Shown: positions 41,980-52,217 of the stretch, in pieces
How the letters are laid out: every line of letters begins with the position of its first letter
Numbering within the stretch: position 1 is the stretch's first letter
NCBI GenBank assembly: GCA_963772725.1
Contig: CAVYYI010000001.1
Span: 544,001 to 608,000 of the forward strand
Direction of reading: 5' to 3'
DNA length: 64,000 nt
DNA from: an uncultured Phycisphaerales bacterium
GTDB taxonomy: Bacteria; Planctomycetota; Phycisphaerae; Sedimentisphaerales; Anaerobacaceae
Notes under the pieces: model-generated
Databases searched by the model: none
Seen by the model: only the letters and a program-made list of their open reading frames with translations
Told to the model about the DNA's origin: nothing
Translations under genes and position numbers: made by a program

Positions 41980-42948
41980 TTACTCTTTCAAATAAACAAT
42001 ATGCGTAAACGTCTTGCCGCCTTTTATAATGCCCTTTGAGTCATATATCGTAAACGTAAACCGCAGCGCTTTCGGCCAAGGCCAAACATTTGCATTGGCC
42101 GCGGGCCTCCATGCCGCCGTGTAATAATAATTCCCGCCGCTATCTAAGGTTCCTTTGTTGTAATATAAATTGTCATTTTCAATGGGATCAAGTGTTTTAT
42201 CAACACTGGCTTCTCTGCCGTACCATTTGATTATTTTATTCGCATTGTTTGGCGACGGTAAATTTGCGTCATATATAATAGTCGCTCCATCTATCGTCCA
42301 CTGGATAATCATCTCTCCGACATTTTCACACATCAGCCTCCTGACCTCATCAGGATACAAATTGGGCCTGACAAAGAAACTGTTGACATCGTCAACCACA
42401 TGGCTTAGCGTATTATCCGCCTTGAACCACGCAAAACTATAGGAAATATAATCCAGCGGTATAACCGGGTTTGGAACTTCGGGGGTCAGCAATGTAACAT
42501 CCCTTGCCAATTTCCACTGGCTCACATTAATTGACAGGGTCTCAAACGAATTGCGGTCGAGCCCAAAAGAAATACGTGCGATATTACTTCGATTTGGATC
42601 AAACCACGATTGATAATCTCCCGCACTGAAATAATACAGCCTGTCCGCTCGAACAAATATGCTTTGTGTGGAGTTTTTATATTCCAGCCTTTTGTCCGGC
42701 AATACCCTTGAATATAACAGCAGGAACCCGTCCTTGCACAGGCCGGAAAAGTCGCGGTTAAGCTGGTCGGTAATCGCACGCATCTTCTGCATAATCTCTG
42801 CTTCCGCGTTTGCCACGCGGTATGATTCAATGCTGACGTTGAAGATAATGCCAGTGAACGCAATTACCATCGCGAAAATCGCTACCGCCGTAACCAGCTC
42901 AATCAGCGTAAAACCACTCTTTTTATGACAGGATAACAGGATTAACAT
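41980..42948 (-). CDS. Prepilin-type (PilW/GspJ-like) minor pilin
   Basis: KKSG-FTLIELVTAVAIF; C-terminal PKALRFTFTIYD. Confidence 0.85.
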   Translation of the reverse strand: MLILLSCHKKSGFTLIELVTAVAIFAMVIAFTGIIFNVSIESYRVANAEAEIMQKMRAITDQLNRDFSGLCKDGFLLLYSRVLPDKRLEYKNSTQSIFVRADRLYYFSAGDYQSWFDPNRSNIARISFGLDRNSFETLSINVSQWKLARDVTLLTPEVPNPVIPLDYISYSFAWFKADNTLSHVVDDVNSFFVRPNLYPDEVRRLMCENVGEMIIQWTIDGATIIYDANLPSPNNANKIIKWYGREASVDKTLDPIENDNLYYNKGTLDSGGNYYYTAAWRPAANANVWPWPKALRFTFTIYDSKGIIKGGKTFTHIVYLKE

Positions 42949-43025
42949 AATTTATTTTTCTTTTTGCTATTTACTTTTTAATTTTTACTTTTTTCTCTGT
43001 AACCTCTGTGTTCTCTGAGGCTAAA

Positions 43026-43772
43026 TTAAAATCTTATCACTTTCTGAAATACTCCGATGCATGGATACTTGCTGCTGTTTAATCCCGGCGGCATAACCCA
43101 AATCTTGCTTGTTGGCGGGCCAGTCCACAGCTTATCCAACAGAATTATCCCGTCATTGGGCGACTTATATCGCTCTAAAACACGATATATCTGCCCGCTC
43201 AGATTATCTGCAATTGTATAGTTATCGTTAATCAGATTTCTATCGCCGACGTTGGTTATCGTAAGTTCATTACCTCCGGGCCCGAGCGTAATATCTACCG
43301 GAAACGGCATAGGCTTGTCTGCGTCATAAGTCCCTGTAAGCGGATTGATAAACTTCATTGCAGGATTTACCTTTCTGCTGACAAGAACTGTTACCTGCAC
43401 CTCGTTTGCGCTGATACTCCTGCAAAGCGCAGACCAGAAATATCTCTTCTTGGAAATATCAGTCCCCGTGGCGTGGTTAGCCGATGGATAGCAGAATTCA
43501 CTGAAGTCAACAGGTACTACGGAAGAGACCGCTTCAAAAGGAACAAGCGGGCCTCCGGGAGGAAGACTCGGCTGATTTACGTCAAGCAGTTGTATTTTCG
43601 CGAACGCCTCATCCGCCGCCGCTGCCGCTGTTGTCCGCTCCGAGGCTATCGTCGTGAAATAAATTGCCGCCGGGAACGTTCCCGCTATGAAAATCAGTCC
43701 CACAGCCAGTATCCCGACTGCCATCAGAACCTCGGTCAGCGAAAATCCTTTATTTATTCGTTTCATTTTCAT
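43026..43772 (-). CDS. Prepilin-type (PilV/GspI-like) minor pilin
   Basis: NKG-FSLTEVLMAVGIL. Confidence 0.85.
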   Translation of the reverse strand: MKMKRINKGFSLTEVLMAVGILAVGLIFIAGTFPAAIYFTTIASERTTAAAAADEAFAKIQLLDVNQPSLPPGGPLVPFEAVSSVVPVDFSEFCYPSANHATGTDISKKRYFWSALCRSISANEVQVTVLVSRKVNPAMKFINPLTGTYDADKPMPFPVDITLGPGGNELTITNVGDRNLINDNYTIADNLSGQIYRVLERYKSPNDGIILLDKLWTGPPTSKIWVMPPGLNSSKYPCIGVFQKVIRF

Positions 43773-43841
43773 TTTTTTCTTTCACCACCAAGCCACTAAG
43801 TTTTTAATAATTTTTTTTCTTCGTGCCTTCGTGGTTGCCTT

Positions 43842-44612
43842 TTACTTATTCACAATTGTCCCTGTATAAGGATTCACATAAACCGCGTTTGGAACAATGC
43901 TGTACAAATATCCGGAATATGCCGTGCCGTTATCATAAGCCTTTTTGAATTTATCCTTTTCATAAATAATAAAACTGTTACGGCTTGATTCCTGGTCTAA
44001 TCCATAATTAGGAGTGACATAATAATCATCCTGATAAAATTTCCCTATGCCGGCATCTACCTGTGCTTGTTTATTGAAAACAGTATCATAACTTATGCCA
44101 CTGCCACATCCATCTTTGTTCCTTACACGCACCAGATGTTTAACCATATTACCCGAAGGTGAAAAAACAATTGAAAACGTGGTAGTATCGGTAACCTGCC
44201 ATGCAGCGGAAATGTCGCCGTCTAATATGATGAGTCTATCGGCGTTACTGCCCAGTCTTAAATCCATTACGCGAATATTCTCCGGCAGTTTTATCGGCGT
44301 AACATTATCAACCGCCCGAAAACCATTTTCCAAACGCGTCATGTCATGATCGTATATAATCGCAATCATATATTGATTGCCTGTCGAATCCTGCTGGAAC
44401 CGGATGCCCGCGTAACGCTGTTCTTTGGCCGCTATTGCCCGCGCGGACGCCATTGCTGCTCCAATCATAGTCTTTACGTTATCTACCGACGTGAACGAAT
44501 CCATAAGCGAACGAATCGCCGGCATCGTCAGGCCTGCAATCAGCGCAATTATAGCGATAACTATCGTTATCTCTATCAGCGTCATCCCGGATTGTTTACG
44601 TTTCATTCTCAT
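43842..44612 (-). CDS. Prepilin-type (FimT/GspH-like) minor pilin
   Basis: QSG-MTLIEITIVIAIIA; ARAIAA...YAGIRF; IVFSPSG. Confidence 0.85.
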   Translation of the reverse strand: MRMKRKQSGMTLIEITIVIAIIALIAGLTMPAIRSLMDSFTSVDNVKTMIGAAMASARAIAAKEQRYAGIRFQQDSTGNQYMIAIIYDHDMTRLENGFRAVDNVTPIKLPENIRVMDLRLGSNADRLIILDGDISAAWQVTDTTTFSIVFSPSGNMVKHLVRVRNKDGCGSGISYDTVFNKQAQVDAGIGKFYQDDYYVTPNYGLDQESSRNSFIIYEKDKFKKAYDNGTAYSGYLYSIVPNAVYVNPYTGTIVNK

Positions 44613-44764
44613 TTTTTTTCTTTTAGCCACAGAGGTCACAGAGTTCACAGAGATAATTATCCGCAGATTCACACAGATTCCCGCAGATTATTCTGTCTTG
44701 GGTCTGGAGTCTTATGTCTTAGGTCTTTTACCTTCTGCATTCTGAGTTCTGTGTTCTATATTCT

Positions 44765-45463
44765 TTATTTACTTGTTATATCATCCGGCGTGCCGAAAAC
44801 CTTGTCCTGCCCGGCGGATGTTACCAATGGGAAATTCCTTCTGACCCATATATTGTTCACGGCATCATAATAAAAATAGCTGTATCGCAGCGTCGTTCCC
44901 CACGCGTCCACTATCCGCATCCACGGATAACCTTGGCCGTTAATAAGAATCGTGCCGTTGGCGATTATCTGAGAGCGGTCAATCCTGCCAAGCGTCTCTC
45001 TGCTCGTCGGAACCCTGCTCAAAAACAGGTACATCATCTCACAACTGTAAAGAGTCGTATCAGTATTATTTGCGCCGCTAAACGATACTATCGTTGGAAT
45101 TGTTGTTGTAAGGGCGTTCTGCAGCGTATTTTGAAGATTAAATATGCCGGGAGTTGTTATGGTCAGAGAGCAGCCTGTATCATCCAGCGGAAATTTCAGA
45201 CCGTCATAATTACCATAATACTGATACCCGTAATCCTTGAACTGCTCCAGCGCCGCGGTAACAATTCCTATCGTGCTTTCGGTGAGCTGCTCTTTACCCT
45301 TGTTGACAAGCCGCATCGCCGTCGTAACGACAATCGACATCAAAATCGTTATCACCGCGACTACGACTATCATCTCTACCAGCGTAAACGCCTTGACAGT
45401 TCGCAATTTATAACTTGTTATCCGTTGCAGAGTTTTCATTTTTTGTTCCATCACAATCGCCAA
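44765..45463 (-). CDS. Prepilin-type GspG-like pilin
   Basis: KA-FTLVEMIVVV; DAWGTTLRY and SAGQDKVFGTPDDI GspG-like C-terminus. Confidence 0.85.
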   Translation of the reverse strand: MAIVMEQKMKTLQRITSYKLRTVKAFTLVEMIVVVAVITILMSIVVTTAMRLVNKGKEQLTESTIGIVTAALEQFKDYGYQYYGNYDGLKFPLDDTGCSLTITTPGIFNLQNTLQNALTTTIPTIVSFSGANNTDTTLYSCEMMYLFLSRVPTSRETLGRIDRSQIIANGTILINGQGYPWMRIVDAWGTTLRYSYFYYDAVNNIWVRRNFPLVTSAGQDKVFGTPDDITSK

Positions 45464-45533
45464 TCGAAAATCGGCAATCGGAAAATATTTTTAATCCCAA
45501 ATCTAAAATCCAAAATTCCTTGATGGTTGCCTT

Positions 45534-46478
45534 TTAATTACCGAAATTCGTAATATCATCCGATGTCCCGTACAGCCCATCAGGCCCAGCCGTTATCAGC
45601 AGATATGAATCCGGCCTGTGCGGCCATGGCGGCACTGTAGCCGCATTACTCGGATTACTTATTTTTGAGTTTATTATTCCGTAATTGAAATCATAATCAT
45701 AAAAATGTGGATAAAGGTTCCCGTCTTGACCAAAGCTATGAAGTCGGCCTGTCGTGTCGGGTGCGCCTGTGCTTGTTATTGGTCCTAAATCATAAATGGG
45801 TGCGTTATCACGGGCGTCGTAAATCAATTCTCCTAAACTGCTTACTATATGACTGGTATCCAGCGTTTTACTTGCGGTGTTCGCTTTATAGTAAAGTATC
45901 GGTGTGCCTGCCTTAACAGTTTTATTGCCTTGATTTATTTTTCTAACGCCATATATATCGCAAAGCACAAATGTGTTAGGATTCATTGATGGATTATAGT
46001 TGTTATACAAACCGTCCTGCGTGGTTAAATTGTTGCAAATCTTAAAAGCGTTAGCGGTTGTAAGTTCAATATAAAGTCCTTTCCTTTCATACAGGGAATC
46101 CGTACCTCTCATCTTCGGTATGGGGTCATATGTAAGAGGTCCGTTGTTGTTATCTTTTCCGTCACCTCTCCATGCGGTATTAGGATGAAAACCCATCAAA
46201 TCCCAGCCTAAAATCGCCTCACAGAGTTTCTGTGATCCGCAATAAAGCCCCCCCTGTGGACTAGGCAAATTCAACGATGAAGAGGGGTAATCACCGTAGT
46301 CGTTCCGAAAAGCTGTCAGGCCCATAGCGATAGTCGCAAGCTGCGCCTTCTGCTTTGTCTTTTTGGCCGCATCGTTAATCATCTTGAGCGCAGGTATCAG
46401 GATACCCGTTAAGATAGCGATTATCGCTATTACCGTCAGCAGCTCAACTATCGTAAATGCTTTTCTTTGCCGTTTCAC
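45534..46478 (-). CDS. Prepilin-type GspG-like pilin
   Basis: KA-FTIVELLTVIAII; YLLITAGPDGLYGTSDDITNF. Confidence 0.88.
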   Translation of the reverse strand: MKRQRKAFTIVELLTVIAIIAILTGILIPALKMINDAAKKTKQKAQLATIAMGLTAFRNDYGDYPSSSLNLPSPQGGLYCGSQKLCEAILGWDLMGFHPNTAWRGDGKDNNNGPLTYDPIPKMRGTDSLYERKGLYIELTTANAFKICNNLTTQDGLYNNYNPSMNPNTFVLCDIYGVRKINQGNKTVKAGTPILYYKANTASKTLDTSHIVSSLGELIYDARDNAPIYDLGPITSTGAPDTTGRLHSFGQDGNLYPHFYDYDFNYGIINSKISNPSNAATVPPWPHRPDSYLLITAGPDGLYGTSDDITNFGN

Positions 46479-46504
46479 TTTAAGCCCCTTTCTTTTAATT
46501 TTTT

Positions 46505-46726
46505 CACCACTTCTTCGACTTCGCTCATAACGGTGAGCCTGTCGAACCGTAAGACACTAAGTTTTTTAAACACTGATTGCCTGCCTTTGGCGGGATTTCA
46601 CTGTTTTTTATTTACAATTTTTACTTTTTGCTTTTTAATATTTACTTTCTTATTCAGTGTCATCTGTGTAATCCGTGATTAAACATATTCTTTTTTTCTT
46701 CGTGCCTTTGTGTCTTCGTGGTTGCC
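46505..46726. repeat. Nested palindromic repeat composite
   Basis: CACCAC[REP-like insert]TAAGACACTAAG ... TTCAGTGTCATCTGTGTAATCCGTGATT ... CTTCGTGCCTTTGTGTCTTCGTGGTTG. Confidence 0.75.
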
Positions 46727-46742
46727 TTTCAATCCAAAATTG

Positions 46743-47692
46743 TTACGGTTCGTACAGCCAGCTTTCACGCAGCCATTCATTCATCAGCGTAACAATATCC
46801 TCATCCTCGCCGCTGGTCCATTTTTCCGCGAATATCGCGAAATCGTAAAAATCAACTATCCCGTCATTATTGAGGTCGTAGTACAGCAGCATATCGTCAT
46901 CATCGAGATAATTGGTCTTCCAGTCGTCCGCCATAAGCGAAAAATCCTTGAAGTCAATCACACCGTCCGGGGCGATGTCGTAAGGCTGATAATTTGTCAG
47001 CCAGTGATTTAGAGCCTGGCCAAATCGAGCCAGTCTGCCTTGCAGTCGTGGTCAAAATCGCCCATAGGATAATCGAATCCATTGCAGTCGCAGTGCGTAT
47101 CGAACCGGATAAAATCGCATCTTGCGATATAGAAAATATAAGATGCCCACTGCTGTTTCTGATTGGCTCGCATACCTAAGATAAACTTATGCACTTTTCC
47201 GTCCTTGAACTGGCTGAATCTACTTTCATTAACGTCCACAGAACCTTCATAATTGCCTTTTTCCGGCAGCGAATTAGAATCCCATACATAAATATTGTCT
47301 ATCTTTATAAATGCGCTGAACAGGTTCGGGTCCCAGTTGACGTTTAGCCAGTCGGTCCGGAGTTTAAGATTAAACATAATATGATTGACATCGGTCAGAT
47401 ATATGTCCTTCTGTGCGATTGTTATCATATCATTCACCTCAAATTTGCTGTATGCGTCAGAATATAGTGTAATCGAATGTGTCCCATCCACTGCCCATTC
47501 TTTGCCGATATATCCGTAAAAATTATCAGGCACATTGACTTCGTCCCATTTCTGCGGCGCTTTATCTAAAATATCCTGGTCTGTATTCCAGCCGTCATTC
47601 TCAAAACTGCCATTCAGTATTACACTTACCTTTCCATACGCCAAACCGCTCAGCGTCAGCATCGCCGCTAAAATCAAAACCGCCTTCCTCAT
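46743..47692 (-). CDS. Exported protein with C-terminal dockerin-like EF-hand repeats (frameshift near 47010)
   Basis: Signal peptide; GDFDHDCKADWLDL, DIAPDGVIDFKDFSLMADDW, DLNNDGIVDFYDFAIFAEKW. Confidence 0.75.
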
Positions 47693-47746
47693 TTTAGTCT
47701 CCCTCTTTCTGCAGACTACCTTCTACATTCTTTCTTTGGTTTTTTC

Positions 47747-48685
47747 CTATTCTTTGAAATTATATATGTCGTCGCTCGTGCCGTACAATCCATCAAATCC
47801 CGCGGATAAAAGTAAATATGAATCCGACATCCAAGGCCTTGTAACAGTTGTTATATTGTTGTTTATGGTTGCCTGATAAAATAACCTTGGACCATTTGGA
47901 GGAATTGGCGTAGCGGTTGATGACATGGGGTGCATTCCTGTTGCCTGCTGTGGTACGCCTAACTGAATCAACTGGTCATTATCCTGCCAGTGGTAAATAT
48001 CATTAGATGAATATGCCGGGTTTCCAAAATTATTTGGGTCATGCCTTATGCCAGTCTTATTTGCCTTATAGTAAAGTATTGGCATACCAATTTGCTTACC
48101 AGTAACCCTGTTTCTGGCATTTGGAAAAACATCACACAAAACCATCTCACTGGCAAGAGTATCCTGATTACTCTGATAACGAAATATCGGATCAAGTCCT
48201 ACTGGATTAGGACTGTAATAGAAATCGCAGATTCGGTTCGCATTGGCATTTTCAAGCTCAAGATAAGGGCCTTGTCTATTGCTTAAGTTATTAGTGGTCG
48301 GATTTATCGGATACAATTGATTGTTGGGTCCCAGAGCTGCTCCATCTATTGTTCCATTTCTCCAGAAACTTGAATTTGGATTAAATCCAAGTTTATCCTG
48401 CCCCAGCATCGCTTCTGCCAGTTTCATAGCTCCGCAATAAGCATTTCCACCTGGGTCAGTTGCGCTGGAATCCGGATACCCCTCATTTTGCGAATTGAAA
48501 AGCTCCATCGCCGTGCTTATACTGTGAAACTGTGCATGCTGTTTTACCGTTTTTGCGTATCGCCTGACCTTACTCAACGCCGGCAGCACAAGGCCTATTA
48601 ATATCACAATAATGCTCATTACAGTCAGCAGCTCCATAATACTGAACGCCGTTTTCTTTCCGTTTTGTTTAACACTCGACCTCAT
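47747..48685 (-). CDS. Prepilin-type GspG-like pilin, paralog of 45534-46478
   Basis: TA-FSIMELLTVMSII; YLLLSAGFDGLYGTSDDIYNF. Confidence 0.88.
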   Translation of the reverse strand: MRSSVKQNGKKTAFSIMELLTVMSIIVILIGLVLPALSKVRRYAKTVKQHAQFHSISTAMELFNSQNEGYPDSSATDPGGNAYCGAMKLAEAMLGQDKLGFNPNSSFWRNGTIDGAALGPNNQLYPINPTTNNLSNRQGPYLELENANANRICDFYYSPNPVGLDPIFRYQSNQDTLASEMVLCDVFPNARNRVTGKQIGMPILYYKANKTGIRHDPNNFGNPAYSSNDIYHWQDNDQLIQLGVPQQATGMHPMSSTATPIPPNGPRLFYQATINNNITTVTRPWMSDSYLLLSAGFDGLYGTSDDIYNFKE

Positions 48686-48720
48686 TTTAATTCCCCTTAA
48701 TAATTTAAGTTTCGCAAATT

Positions 48721-49974
48721 TTAATTCGATTGACTGCTTAAGCTTGTGATAACCTGCACCATTGGCAAAAACACCGCCAGCACGATTGTCATAACGATAC
48801 AGCCGAGCACAACAATCATTATCGGCTCTAACATCGACATCAGGGACGCCACCATAACGTCAACCTGCTCATCGTAATTGTCCGCGACTTTCAAAAGCAT
48901 CTTATCCAAATCGCCCGTTTCTTCGCCAACCGCCACCATGTTCGTTACAATCAGGTCAACGGTTTTGGACTTTTTCAAAGGCTCAGCAAAACTTTCACCC
49001 TGCCTGATTGAGTTGTGAACCTTGCCAAGCATATCCGAGAACACCTCGTTGCCCGCTGTTTCTTTCGATGTGTTAATCGCGTCCAGAATCGGCACGCCCG
49101 CGCCGATTAATGTCCCAAGTGTCCTGGTCCATCGTGTAACGGAAACTTTATTGGTCAGCGGACCTATAACGGGAATACGAAGTTTTATCATATCGAGAAT
49201 AAGCCTGCCTATACGGAACTTGCGTACTATTTTCAGCAGGAAGATTATCGCGAACGGTGTTCCTATGAGATATGCCCAGCCCCATCTGTATGCTATCCAG
49301 TCGCTTATTCCAAGCACAGTCGTTGTTATGACGTTAAGCTTGCTTTCGCCTACCATTTCATAAAGTACCGTCTTAAACGTTGGTATGACGAATTTCATCA
49401 GCAAAAGCAAAATAGTAAATGCCGCGCCCAAAACAACAATCGGGTAAACCATCGCGCTTTTGACACGGGCTTTAAGTTTTTGCGCCTTTTCCATAAAGTC
49501 CGCGACACGCGCAAGGATAAGGTCCAGCACACCGCCCGTCTCGCCAGCCGCCACCATTCCAACCGTCAGCCGGTCAAATGCGCGAGGGTACTTGCCCATC
49601 GCTTCCGACAGAGTCGCTCCGCCTTCGATATCGTCCGCAACATATCCTATAATTCGCTTGAACGAGCCGCCTTTTTGCTGCTGCTCAAGAATCCTCAGCG
49701 ACCGCAGGATAGGCAAACCAGCATCCTGAAGTGTTGACAACTGACGGGCAAATTGTGTCAGCAGTTTTACCTTGACCTTGCCGTTGGAGCCGCGCCTTGT
49801 TTTGGGCTTGGCTTTGACGACAGCCTTCTTTGCCGCTCCGTCCTCGCTGACCTTTGTCGGGAAATAACCCAGATTGCGTATCTTGCTTATCGCCTCTTTC
49901 TGGCTCAGAGCTTCTATCTCGTCTTTTATTGCTACGCCCTGCGAATCCAGCGCTTCGTACTTGAACACAGGCAT
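48721..49974 (-). CDS. pilC: Type IV pilus/T2SS platform protein PilC/GspF
   Basis: FARQLSTLQDAGLPILRSL, AGETGGVLD, VKSAMVYP, VGEETGDLD, LEPIMIV. Confidence 0.93.
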   Translation of the reverse strand: MPVFKYEALDSQGVAIKDEIEALSQKEAISKIRNLGYFPTKVSEDGAAKKAVVKAKPKTRRGSNGKVKVKLLTQFARQLSTLQDAGLPILRSLRILEQQQKGGSFKRIIGYVADDIEGGATLSEAMGKYPRAFDRLTVGMVAAGETGGVLDLILARVADFMEKAQKLKARVKSAMVYPIVVLGAAFTILLLLMKFVIPTFKTVLYEMVGESKLNVITTTVLGISDWIAYRWGWAYLIGTPFAIIFLLKIVRKFRIGRLILDMIKLRIPVIGPLTNKVSVTRWTRTLGTLIGAGVPILDAINTSKETAGNEVFSDMLGKVHNSIRQGESFAEPLKKSKTVDLIVTNMVAVGEETGDLDKMLLKVADNYDEQVDVMVASLMSMLEPIMIVVLGCIVMTIVLAVFLPMVQVITSLSSQSN

Positions 49975-50063
49975 ATCAAATCCTCCTGTCTATTTACTCT
50001 CAAACTATTTTTAACTTTTTTATTTCAACTCAAAACTAAGAACTCAGCACTAAAAACTGTTTC

Positions 50064-51831
50064 TTATCCTTCCGAAATAGTTTCTTTCACCACCTCATCA
50101 ATTGTTGTCACACCATCATAAATTGCGGCCAGACCATTTTCACGCAGCAGCCTCATTCCCGCTTTCTGTGCCGCTAAACGAAGTACATTTGTCGAAGCTC
50201 TGTTCATAATCAGTTCACGTACCTCGTCATTAAATGTCATAATCTCAAATATAGCTACACGTCCCTTATAGCCTGTGCTGTTGCATCGGCTCGCATCCTC
50301 GCCCGTAATAAAATTTCTTACCCTTAATGTCGTCTGGAGTAAGGGATATTTCCATCAATTGTGTCTCATTCGGCTCAAAAGCCGTTTTACAGCCTTCGCA
50401 CATTTTTCGCACTAATCTCTGGGCGATAATGCCTTCAATCGTGGCGGTGATAAGAAACGGCTCAACTCCCAAATCCAGAAGCCTCGCTATCGAACTCGGA
50501 GCATCATTGGTGTGCAGTGTCGTAAATACAAGGTGGCCGGTCAGCGACGCCTGCGCCGCTATTTCCGCCGTTTCAAGGTCGCGGATTTCGCCGACCATCA
50601 TAATATCGGGGTCCTGACGCAAAATAGACCGCAGGCATTTCGCGAATGTCAGTCCGATGTCCGGCTGCATCTGAACCTGGATAATGCCGTCAATATCGTA
50701 TTCAACAGGGTCTTCGGTCGTGATAACTTTCGTTTCAATATTGTTAAGCTCATTTAGCGCCGAATAAAGCGTTGTCGTTTTGCCGCTGCCCGTAGGCCCT
50801 GTAACAATTACTATGCCGTTCGGCTTGTGGATAAGCTGTCGAACCATGGCAAGTTCCTCTCTTCGCAGGCCGAGTTTTTCAAGGTCAAGGTTTACCTGGC
50901 TCCTGTCGAGAACACGCAGCACCACGCTTTCGCCAAACATTGTCGGCAGTACGCTCACACGCAAATCAACCGGGTTGCCCTGCACCGTAAGCGATATGCG
51001 GCCATCCTGCGGCAGTCGCCGCTCCGCGATATCCAGGTTTGCCATAACCTTTATACGAGAACTCAACGCAGCCGCGATATGTCTTGGCGGCGGTATCATT
51101 TCATACAGCACACCGTCAATACGATAACGCATCTTGTATTCATTCTCAAAAGGCTCAAAATGAATATCCGATGCCTTATCGCGAATCGCCTGCATCAGCA
51201 CAAGGTTCAGCAGCTTTTTCACAGGGTTGGATTCGGAAAGCTCCTTTAACTCGTCAAGGTCGATACTCTGGTCTCTGCCGTCAAACTCCGCAAGAAAACC
51301 GTCTTTTTCTATCTCGCCAATAAGCGAATTTATACCGTTCTTTTCCTCGGTGGCGGAGTAATACTTGTTAAGCGCAGCCTCAAGGGCTTCACGGTCGGCT
51401 ATTTTTGCCGTTACCTTAAAACCCATTAATGTACTCAAATCATCGGTTGCGCGGAAATTATCAGGGTTATCCAGCACAACTTTAAGCTCATTTTGCTTTT
51501 CATCATATTCAACGGGAACAACATGATATGTTTTCGCCATCTGGCTTGGGACTTTTTCAATCACGGAAGGGGGGATGTCAATATCGCCAAGTGCGACATA
51601 TTCCATACCTTTTTGTGCTGCCAACGCGATTTGAAGCTGCTTCTCAGTAACAAGCCCAAGTTCGAGGAAAATCTGTCCGATTTTTATCCCCTCCGGACTC
51701 TGTTTCTGGTTTTTCAAACATTCGTGAACTTTTTCGCGTGTCAGAATCCCCATTTTTATGAGTATCCTGCCGAGGGTTCTGCTCCTCAATTGCTCTACCG
51801 GCGGTATGTTTTTTAATGCTTCAGTTGCCAT
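50064..51831 (-). CDS. pilB: Type IV pilus/T2SS assembly ATPase PilB/GspE (frameshift near 50290)
   Basis: LGRIL/IGQIF MshEN-like N-terminus; ASDIHFEP, GPTGSGKTT, EDPVEY, LRQDPD, TGHLVFTTLHTN. Confidence 0.93.
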
Positions 51832-52217
51832 AATGACCTCATCTTTTTCATTTAACCTCACTTATAATATAACCCAATAACACCTGATATACAAACATAT
51901 TATAAAATGGACACTTGGTTATTCATATTGTCTAATTGCCATTTTGCGACCTTTTGCGATTCGGCCCTAACCTATATTACCAAATATCGTAAGATTTTTG
52001 GCAGGCAGAACAACATAAGATATAAAAATCGGTGGAATATGAACCAGCCCTGGCCCCGAATATGTCATTATTCTAACAAAAATGCGCATAAATTGCAACA
52101 AAAATACACGTTTTTATGCAAAAAACCATACAAAATACAGGCCTATAATATCCTGTGAGATACATAATTGTGCAGTTTGCTCTTTACATATTGACCAAAA
52201 TATAAGATATTGAAACT

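Noticed and set aside
38349..48685. Diversity-generating retroelement (Avd-like four-helix gene next to pilins with similar C-termini)
   Set aside because: No reverse transcriptase and no near-identical TR/VR pair with adenine-specific differences; pilin similarity is ordinary protein-level paralogy.
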